A program made the translations under genes and the position numbers. From positions 16,094 through 80,093 of the forward strand of contig JBLIDB010000001.1 of assembly GCA_047634015.1 (NCBI GenBank): a DNA stretch of 64,000 nucleotides, written 5' to 3'. Within the stretch, counting starts at the first letter, position 1. Every line of letters starts with the position of its first letter. The stretch comes from Saprospiraceae bacterium (GTDB taxonomy: Bacteria > Bacteroidota > Bacteroidia > Chitinophagales > Saprospiraceae). Below the pieces are notes generated by a model that searched no databases, was not told where the DNA came from, and worked only from the letters and a program-made list of their open reading frames with translations. This document shows positions 18,719 through 26,011 of this stretch, one piece after another.

Positions 18719-19399
18719 ATGGATTATAAGGAAGTCGGTCGGAGGGTTTTATATTTTTTGTTTGATCCACTGGTTCATATTATCAAAAAACTGGGCATAA
18801 CTCCCAATCACATTACCCTTGTGGGTTTGATCTTGAATATTTGGGCAGTATTACATCTTATTAACTATACGGATTGGGCCTTGGTGGCATACGGTGAAAA
18901 TTTAGTTGGATTTGGATTCATACTCGGGTTTGCGGGTTTAATGGATACCATAGACGGGAGATTGGCAAGATTGTATGATATGAAATCAACTTTTGGTGCA
19001 TTTTTCGACTCTGTAATCGATCGATATAGTGAATTCATTATGTTTTTAGGGATACTACTCTACTTTATTCATTTTAATCATATGACAGGATTAGTTTTCG
19101 GGTTTATGGCATTGATGGGTTCGATAATGGTTAGTTATAATCGATCTAGAGCGGAAGCATTAGGTGTTGATTGTAGTGTTGGGTTTATGCAGCGGCCAGA
19201 ACGAATTGTATTCATAGGGCTTTGGACAATAATTTGGGGTGTCCTGTATATGACAGTACCGAGTACTTTTGACTATGAAATCTACGGTGTTGATATCTTT
19301 GCCATTGGTTTTATTTTTCTGGCGATCTCTACTAACATTACAGCCATGCGTCGGATGTTACATTCTCAAAAATTATTGCTTGAACAATCGGGTAATTAA
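18719..19399 (+). CDS. CDP-alcohol phosphatidyltransferase, phosphatidylinositol-phosphate synthase-like
   Basis: Signature DTIDGRLARLYDMKSTFGAFFDSVIDR (DGxxAR...G...D...D). It is 226 aa with about 6 TM helices and is linked to the MIPS and PgpA genes. Confidence 0.75.
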   Translation: MDYKEVGRRVLYFLFDPLVHIIKKLGITPNHITLVGLILNIWAVLHLINYTDWALVAYGENLVGFGFILGFAGLMDTIDGRLARLYDMKSTFGAFFDSVIDRYSEFIMFLGILLYFIHFNHMTGLVFGFMALMGSIMVSYNRSRAEALGVDCSVGFMQRPERIVFIGLWTIIWGVLYMTVPSTFDYEIYGVDIFAIGFIFLAISTNITAMRRMLHSQKLLLEQSGN

Positions 19400-19443
19400 A
19401 TCTATTTCTATCAAACCATTGAAAAACATCGATAGTCATCGCG

Positions 19444-20358
19444 ATGGGTCATTTTAAACATAGATTGGTTGTTGCTGGCATTTTTGCCATAGCTTATGGG
19501 GTTCTGATGGGGCTTTTTGTTGGGTGGAGATCTGATCATACCTTTATGTTCGGCCTTGTGCTTGTTATGATGTTAGCACATAAGGAGTCCTATAAGATTG
19601 TATTGGCCTTATCTGGATTTGCCCTTTTCTGGATTATATACGATGCTTTAAGAATTGCGCCTAATTATAGATTTAATGATGTTCATATTAAGGAACCATA
19701 TGAGATAGAGTTGGCTCTTTTTGGTATCATAGACGCTGGAAAATTAGTAGTCCCATGTGAATGGTTTCTAACTCGAATAAATGATACTGCTTCACTTATT
19801 GCTGGATTCTCATACATTCTCTGGATGCCAGCTCCAATGGCATATGCCTTATATCTGTATTGGAAAGATTGGTCTATCTTATTTGATTTTTCCTATGGTT
19901 TTTTACTGACATGCTTTATCGGTTTTTTCTTTTATTACGCATATCCAGCGGCGCCTCCTTGGTATTTTTTAAATCATGGAGTAGGTACAGATTTTAGTAT
20001 TCCCGGCAGCGAAGGCCTTCTTTCAGAATTTGACAGAATTCTTGGAGTGACCATATTTAATGGTATTTATGCGAAAGGAGGCAATGTATTCTGCGCCATT
20101 CCTTCATTACATTCCGCTTATCCGATGCTTTGCCTATTGACTGCTTTACGACGAAAGACATACACGCTGGCTTTTGTCTTCTTAATATGGGGTTTTGGTA
20201 CATGGTTCGCCGCGGTATATTCTCAACATCATTATATTATAGATGTGTTAATGGGTATATTTTGTGCCATTTTGGGGCACTTTCTCATTGTTAAAATCCA
20301 GAAATTCTCATGGATATCTTCCTTTAAGAAAATATTCTTGAAGGAGCTGTATCTATGA
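19444..20358 (+). CDS. PAP2-superfamily membrane protein, inositol-phosphorylceramide synthase-like
   Basis: C-terminal motifs PSLHSAYP and SQHHYIIDVLMG match the AUR1/IPC-synthase-type PAP2 signature. It is a 304-aa polytopic protein. Confidence 0.65.
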   Translation: MGHFKHRLVVAGIFAIAYGVLMGLFVGWRSDHTFMFGLVLVMMLAHKESYKIVLALSGFALFWIIYDALRIAPNYRFNDVHIKEPYEIELALFGIIDAGKLVVPCEWFLTRINDTASLIAGFSYILWMPAPMAYALYLYWKDWSILFDFSYGFLLTCFIGFFFYYAYPAAPPWYFLNHGVGTDFSIPGSEGLLSEFDRILGVTIFNGIYAKGGNVFCAIPSLHSAYPMLCLLTALRRKTYTLAFVFLIWGFGTWFAAVYSQHHYIIDVLMGIFCAILGHFLIVKIQKFSWISSFKKIFLKELYL

Positions 20359-20489
20359 TATAGTATTACATATTATAATTTCTACCATAGATGCCGCGCA
20401 ATTGGTTTACTCGAAAACGTGAATTTTATTGATCAACATGGCAGGTTCGAGTGTTTTTAACTCTTTCTTTTCTGTTAGATTCAAAATCC

Positions 20490-20497
20490 TACCTTTG
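20490..20497 (+). promoter_or_regulatory. Bacteroidota -7 promoter box (TACCTTTG) for the MIPS operon
   Basis: Matches TAnnTTTG. There are 38 nt between the box and the ATG at 20536. Confidence 0.5.
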
Positions 20498-20535
20498 CGG
20501 TCCTTTTACGAAAAAATAAATAAAACCTCTATTCT

Positions 20536-21804
20536 ATGAGTAATAATTCAAAAGCAACTAAACCGACGGGTACCCTCGGTATTCTTACCCCTGGAATGGG
20601 TGCAGTTGCCACTACATTCATTGCAGGGTGTATAGCTATTAAGAAAGGTATGGCTAAGCCAATCGGTTCACTTACACAAATGGGCCATATTACCGCCGCG
20701 GATGGTAGTCGACGTCGCATAGATGAGATTGTACCACTCCAAGCATTGGGCGATGTAATCTTTGGAGGATGGGATGTACATCCGGATAGCGTATATGATG
20801 CAGCGGTTAATGCAAAAGTTATAGACCGCTATATGATCGAGCAGTTAAAACCTGAACTGGAAGCCATTAAGCCAATGACTGCTTGCTTTGATCAGCGATA
20901 TGTCAAACGACTCCATGGAACGAATGTGAAGACTCAGACCAATAAGATGGAATTGGCAGAAGCGCTGATGGATGATATTAGAAGATTTAAAGAGGAGAAC
21001 AATTGTGATCGATTGGTGATGGTTTGGTGCGGAAGTACAGAAATGTATATTGAAGAATCTGATGTGCATACTACTCTTGCTAAATTAGAAGAAGGACTTA
21101 GAAATAATGACGAGAATATCCCTCCGAGCATGATATATGTTTATGCTGCGGTCAAGATGGGTATTCCATATGCTAATGGAGCGCCTAACTTAAGTTGTGA
21201 TGTGCCAGCTATCTTAGAATTGGCCGCTCAGACACAGACTCCTATAGCAGGGAAAGATTTCAAAACAGGGCAGACGTTTATGAAGACGATCCTCGCTCCT
21301 GGTCTTAAGTCAAGACATCTGGGTATAGAAGGCTGGTTCAGTACTAATATATTGGGTAATAGAGATGGAGAGGTATTGGATGCGCCTGAGAACTTCAAAA
21401 CTAAAGAGGTTTCTAAACTGGGAGTTCTTGAGCAAATATTAGAGCCCGATTTATATCCCGAACTTTATGGTGATATGTATCACAAAGTTCGAATCAATTA
21501 TTATCCACCGAGAGGGGATGCGAAAGAGGGTTGGGATAATATCGATATAAGAGGATGGATGGATTATCCGATGCAAATAAAAGTAGATTTTTTATGTAGA
21601 GATAGCATACTTGCCGCACCATTAGTATTGGATCTTGCGATCTTGTTAGATCTTGCCAAAAGATCTGGTGAGAGCGGTATCCAGCATTGGTTAAGCTACT
21701 ATCTAAAGTCCCCGCAGACCTTACCTGGAGCTAAACCTCAGCACGATTTATTCAAGCAGCATGATGATTTGAATAAAAAACTGTTTGAATTAGCGGGAGA
21801 ATAA
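20536..21804 (+). CDS. ino1: myo-Inositol-1-phosphate (inositol-3-phosphate) synthase
   Basis: 422 aa with N-terminal nucleotide-binding stretch LGILTPGMGAVATTFIAG. Core motifs PYANGAPN, FKTGQT and WFSTNILGNRDG resemble the short archaeal/bacterial MIPS type. Confidence 0.85.
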   Translation: MSNNSKATKPTGTLGILTPGMGAVATTFIAGCIAIKKGMAKPIGSLTQMGHITAADGSRRRIDEIVPLQALGDVIFGGWDVHPDSVYDAAVNAKVIDRYMIEQLKPELEAIKPMTACFDQRYVKRLHGTNVKTQTNKMELAEALMDDIRRFKEENNCDRLVMVWCGSTEMYIEESDVHTTLAKLEEGLRNNDENIPPSMIYVYAAVKMGIPYANGAPNLSCDVPAILELAAQTQTPIAGKDFKTGQTFMKTILAPGLKSRHLGIEGWFSTNILGNRDGEVLDAPENFKTKEVSKLGVLEQILEPDLYPELYGDMYHKVRINYYPPRGDAKEGWDNIDIRGWMDYPMQIKVDFLCRDSILAAPLVLDLAILLDLAKRSGESGIQHWLSYYLKSPQTLPGAKPQHDLFKQHDDLNKKLFELAGE

Positions 21805-21813
21805 AATAATTCG

Positions 21814-22281
21814 ATGAAGTGGTTAGCAACTTTCATTTCATCCGCAGGTGGAGCAGGATATGTGCCTTTTGCACCCGGTACGTGGGGTACACTTGTAGGC
21901 TGTATTATCCTCTATGTTTTATCCTACTTCTTCGTTGGGTTCAATTCAGGATGGCAATTGGTGGGCCTTACAATAGTTCTTAGTGTTTTCAGTCATCAGC
22001 TAATAGCTTTTTTGCCTGATACATGGGTTCATGACGATGGTAGAATTGTAATAGACGAAGTTTTAGGACTTTGGGTAACCTTGTTCTTCCTACCAGTTAC
22101 TCCTACCACTTTGGTGCTTGGATTTATCTTTTTTCGCATTTTTGATATTTGGAAACCGCTTGGGATAAGATATTTCGATCAGCTGAAATCAAACTGGGGA
22201 GTAATTGTCGATGATATAGTGGCAGGTGTCTATGCGAATATTGCGTTAAGAGGAGTAATACTAATTTTGTTATGGATATGA
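21814..22281 (+). CDS. pgpA: Phosphatidylglycerophosphatase A family protein (candidate PIP phosphatase)
   Basis: 155 aa with GGAGYVPFAPGTWGT, DDGRIVIDEVLG and RIFDIWKP motifs typical of PgpA. Confidence 0.8.
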   Translation: MKWLATFISSAGGAGYVPFAPGTWGTLVGCIILYVLSYFFVGFNSGWQLVGLTIVLSVFSHQLIAFLPDTWVHDDGRIVIDEVLGLWVTLFFLPVTPTTLVLGFIFFRIFDIWKPLGIRYFDQLKSNWGVIVDDIVAGVYANIALRGVILILLWI

Positions 22282-22694
22282 CACTGAAGCAAGGCACTCA
22301 GAATGTACCTATTGTAAAATCATTTTTTAGGTATAATGCCTCTGCGATGACAGCAAGCGCATTTGATTTTGGTATTACGCTATTTTGCAAGGAGGTATTA
22401 GGAGTTCACTATTTGGTGTCCGTATTTTTAGGTGCGCTGAGCGGAGGGGTTGTCGCATTTACACTTGGGCGAAACTGGACTTATCTTAGCAAAGACGAAA
22501 AACCGCAAACTCAAGGGGCTAAATATTTGATTATTTGGGTAGGTAGCATATTGTTAAATACATTTGGGGTTTATTTCATAGCAGAAGTCCTTGGCTTTGG
22601 TGAGGAGTATTATATTTATTGGAAAGTAATAACAGCCACTTTGGTTGGAGCCTTTTACAATTTTCCTATGCAGCGATACTTTGTTTTTAAATGA
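22272..22694 (+). CDS. GtrA-family membrane protein (polyprenol-phosphate-sugar translocation family)
   Basis: 140 aa with 4 TM helices. The N-terminal FxxFxxxSxxxxxxDF-like segment and the C-terminus QRYFVFK are typical of GtrA. It overlaps pgpA by 10 nt. Confidence 0.7.
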   Translation: MDMTLKQGTQNVPIVKSFFRYNASAMTASAFDFGITLFCKEVLGVHYLVSVFLGALSGGVVAFTLGRNWTYLSKDEKPQTQGAKYLIIWVGSILLNTFGVYFIAEVLGFGEEYYIYWKVITATLVGAFYNFPMQRYFVFK

Positions 22695-23575
22695 TGTCGG
22701 ATAAAAAAAAGCTTCTGTTTATTATAAACCCCTTTGCTGGATATCGAAGCAAGAATAGGATGCCTAAGCTTATCAATGAGGTCATCTCCAAAGAGATGTT
22801 TGACTATGATATTGAAGAAACTCAATACGCAGGGCATGCTTCTGAGATAGCTGCAGAAGGAGTAACATCCCAGTACAATGCTGTTGTAGCTATTGGTGGT
22901 GATGGGACACTCAATGAAGTGGCTTCATCTCTTATATATACGGATGTTGCATTAGGGATAGTACCAGGAGGTTCTGGTAATGGGATGTCTACACATTTGG
23001 GTATCGGTCGAAGTGCTCGTAAGGCGCTGAGAATTCTTGGAGATTACAATGTCCGCAGAATGGATTCTGTTAAATTGAATGATAGATTCTATCTTAATAT
23101 GGCAGGAATTGGAATAGATGGCCTTGTAGCATATAAGACAAAACTCAATGCAAAAAGAGGTTTTTCGAATTATCTGAAAGGCGCCCTCGTAGAAAGTATC
23201 AAATACAAGAATCAGAAATACACTATTGAGGTAGATGGCAAGGAATATACAGGGAAGTTCCTTTCAGTCAATGTAGCCAATGGATCTATGTTCGGCTATA
23301 ATTTCACTATAGCTGCCGATGCTGACACTTCGGATGGATTATTGGATACACTCATGATCCGTGATGCCCACAAGATTGATTATTTCGGTAATGCTTGGAG
23401 ATTTTGGGCTGGAAGAATTCATAAAAGCAAGTTGGCAAAAACAGCGAAAACATCCTCTTTGAAACTCACTACTTATGAGGATAGTTATATGCATATTGAT
23501 GGCGAAGGTTATCCTTGTCCTCCTGGAGAGTTTGAATTTACGGTTATGAAGGATTCCCTTAATGTGATCTGCTAA
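22691..23575 (+). CDS. DAGK-catalytic-domain lipid kinase (YegS/BmrU/sphingosine-kinase fold)
   Basis: LFIINPFAG, GGDGTLNE and PGGSGNG motifs. 294 aa. It has an ATGA overlap with the GtrA gene. Confidence 0.8.
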   Translation: MMSDKKKLLFIINPFAGYRSKNRMPKLINEVISKEMFDYDIEETQYAGHASEIAAEGVTSQYNAVVAIGGDGTLNEVASSLIYTDVALGIVPGGSGNGMSTHLGIGRSARKALRILGDYNVRRMDSVKLNDRFYLNMAGIGIDGLVAYKTKLNAKRGFSNYLKGALVESIKYKNQKYTIEVDGKEYTGKFLSVNVANGSMFGYNFTIAADADTSDGLLDTLMIRDAHKIDYFGNAWRFWAGRIHKSKLAKTAKTSSLKLTTYEDSYMHIDGEGYPCPPGEFEFTVMKDSLNVIC

Positions 23576-23638
23576 TTTATCTTTGGCTTGTTAACAACTC
23601 ATTTAGAGTAAATTTCACATAATACATCTACAGCTTTC

Positions 23639-23646
23639 TACCTTTG
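23639..23646 (+). promoter_or_regulatory. Bacteroidota -7 promoter box (TACCTTTG) for the DUF5916 gene
   Basis: Matches TAnnTTTG. There are 7 nt between the box and the ATG at 23654. Confidence 0.5.
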
Positions 23647-23653
23647 TGGGCTT

Positions 23654-25870
23654 ATGAGAATTATATTATTCTTTTTTACAATGTGTTCGGTCATTTGGAC
23701 TTATGCACAGGCTGGATTAGAGCTTTCCGAAGTTCAGGTTAAGTCTATCGAATCGGGTCGTGTTACAGTTGATGGAGAGCTGAATGAAGCTTTCTGGATG
23801 GAAATTACTCCGGCCACGGACTTTCAGCAATATTTTCCTACAGATTCTATAAAGGCCCAAGCAAGGACAGAGATTTATCTGGCGTCAGATGATGAGCATC
23901 TATACGTAGGATTAAAGTGTGTTTCTGCAGGCAATAAATGGATCGTTCCTTCTCTTAAACGGGATTACAGGGCAGGAGGTAATGACAATGTAACTTTAGT
24001 TTTTGATTCATTTGATGATCAGACTAATGCAATATTCTTTGGCATCAATCCTGAGGGCGTTATCAGGGAGGGGCTTATTAGCAATGGTGGAAATAGGAGA
24101 GAGGATTTTTCTGAATCATGGGATAATAAATGGGCTGGAACTTCCAAGAAATACGATGGGTATTATACTGCCGAGTTAGCAATTCCATTTAGTACGCTGA
24201 GATATAATGCCGATAATGATAGATGGGGATTAATGTCCTACAGATTCGATACGCAAATCAATGAGTGGAGTACTTGGCCGGGAACACCTCAGAATCAAGT
24301 TTTATTCAACTTAGCCCATATGGGTGAGATAAACTGGGAGGTCGCTCCACCTAAAGGAAAAAAACAAGTAAGTATTATACCTTTTATTTCCGCAGGAGTA
24401 AGCAGGGATTTCGAAGAAGGTACACCTTCAGATAAGTTCATAGAAGTTGGGGGAGATGCTAAAATTGCGCTGACTTCAGGGTTGAATCTAGATCTAACAA
24501 TAAATCCAGATTTCTCTCAAGTGGAAGTAGATCAGCAGATAACTAATCTGGATAGATTCGAATTATTCTTTCCAGAAAGACGCCAGTTCTTTTTAGAAAA
24601 TGCTGATTTGTTTGGTCAGTTTGGATTTCAAAGTATCAATCCATTTTTCTCACGAAGGATCGGCGTTGCGAATGATGTAGAAACAGATAATACGGTTCAA
24701 AATCGAATCTATGGTGGCCTTAGGCTAAGTGGGAAGGTCAATAAAAAGCTGAGAGTGGGGTTGCTGAACATGCATACAGAGTCCAACCATGAGCAAGGGA
24801 TTCCCTCTACAAATTATGCAGTTCTTGCCCTCCAACAAAAAGTTCTTAGTAGATCTAACATCAGCTTTATCGCTGTCAATAAAAACGCTGCCTTAGATAA
24901 TCTTGAGGGTAGTGATTTAAGCAAATTCAATCGAGTTTTTGGTGTAGACTTTAATTATGCTAACAATGATAACACATGGTCAGGTAAGACTTTCGCACAT
25001 ACAGCTCTTACTCAAAATCAAGGTGCAAAATTGAGTCATGGTACAAACTTAAATTATAATAAAAGAGAATTTGGACTTTCTTGGGAGCATGCATATGTGC
25101 AGGATGGTTATAACGCAGAAGTGGGCTTTATAAGAAGGACAAATTATATCAGGATCGCGCCTTCTGGAGAGTTAAGATTCTATCCGGCAGGAAAGAAGCT
25201 GAATACGTTCAACCTTGGTACGGAGACTGAAATGATTTGGAAGACAGGATTTGGGAAGACCGATCATGAGATAAGAATAGGAAGTGAAATTGGATTAACA
25301 AATAGCACACGTCTGGGCGTTTTTTTTAACCATAATTATGTCTACCTGTTTGATGATTTTGATCCAACGGGTACAGACTCAGCTCCCCTAATGGCAGATA
25401 GTGAATACAATTACTGGAATATCGCCGGATTCTGGAGTTCGGATTCCAGAAAGAAGTTGTCCTTTCAATTACGACCATATATAGGTCAGTACTTTAATGG
25501 GAATAGATATGGAACCCGTGGTTCTATATCATTGCGTTATGAGCCAAGAGGATCAATAAGGTTGGATTATTCTGTGAACTATTTTGATATGCCTCATTTA
25601 GATGAGGTGAAAAGTACACTTCTAATAGGTCCAAGAATTGATTACACTTTCTCAAGGTCAGTATTTTCGACTTTGTTTGTTCAGTACAATAGTCAATCTC
25701 AGAATACTAATGTGAATGCACGACTACAATGGCGATTTGCCCCCGTTTCTGACTTTTTCTTAGTCTATACGGACAATTATTTTAGCGGATTAGATCCTTC
25801 GGATCGATTCGCATTAAATGTTAGAAACCGCTCAATCGTAGCAAAGCTTACCTATTGGTTCAATACATAA
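23654..25870 (+). CDS. Secreted CBM9-like / DUF5916 family protein (probable outer-membrane beta-barrel)
   Basis: Signal peptide. The motif NPDFSQVEVDQQITNLDRFELFFPERRQFFLE is one I recognise from DUF5916 proteins. The C-terminus is aromatic (TYWFNT). Confidence 0.65.
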   Translation: MRIILFFFTMCSVIWTYAQAGLELSEVQVKSIESGRVTVDGELNEAFWMEITPATDFQQYFPTDSIKAQARTEIYLASDDEHLYVGLKCVSAGNKWIVPSLKRDYRAGGNDNVTLVFDSFDDQTNAIFFGINPEGVIREGLISNGGNRREDFSESWDNKWAGTSKKYDGYYTAELAIPFSTLRYNADNDRWGLMSYRFDTQINEWSTWPGTPQNQVLFNLAHMGEINWEVAPPKGKKQVSIIPFISAGVSRDFEEGTPSDKFIEVGGDAKIALTSGLNLDLTINPDFSQVEVDQQITNLDRFELFFPERRQFFLENADLFGQFGFQSINPFFSRRIGVANDVETDNTVQNRIYGGLRLSGKVNKKLRVGLLNMHTESNHEQGIPSTNYAVLALQQKVLSRSNISFIAVNKNAALDNLEGSDLSKFNRVFGVDFNYANNDNTWSGKTFAHTALTQNQGAKLSHGTNLNYNKREFGLSWEHAYVQDGYNAEVGFIRRTNYIRIAPSGELRFYPAGKKLNTFNLGTETEMIWKTGFGKTDHEIRIGSEIGLTNSTRLGVFFNHNYVYLFDDFDPTGTDSAPLMADSEYNYWNIAGFWSSDSRKKLSFQLRPYIGQYFNGNRYGTRGSISLRYEPRGSIRLDYSVNYFDMPHLDEVKSTLLIGPRIDYTFSRSVFSTLFVQYNSQSQNTNVNARLQWRFAPVSDFFLVYTDNYFSGLDPSDRFALNVRNRSIVAKLTYWFNT

Positions 25871-26011
25871 ATCAAAAGCTTCATGCGTTTGTCTATAATT
25901 GCCACGCATTTGTATACAATTCAGAACATTGATTTTGAATTTGATCAACATTACGGGGTGTTTCGGGTTTATACCTTCTATTCACTTTATAATACAAATC
26001 AACTACATCTT

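Noticed and set aside
25885-25921. Two 16-nt imperfect direct repeats (GCGTTTGTCTATAATT / GCATTTGTATACAATT, 13/16 identical, 21 nt apart) upstream of the OMP gene.
   Set aside because: The most economical reading is -33 TTTG and a degenerate -7 xxxxTTTG promoter element at normal spacing. There is no evidence for a dedicated regulator site.
25883-26011. 43-codon N-terminal extension of the OMP ORF (MRLSIIATHLYTIQ...).
   Set aside because: It is not signal-peptide-like, and a canonical signal peptide starts at the ATG at 26012. The extension overlaps promoter-like sequence.
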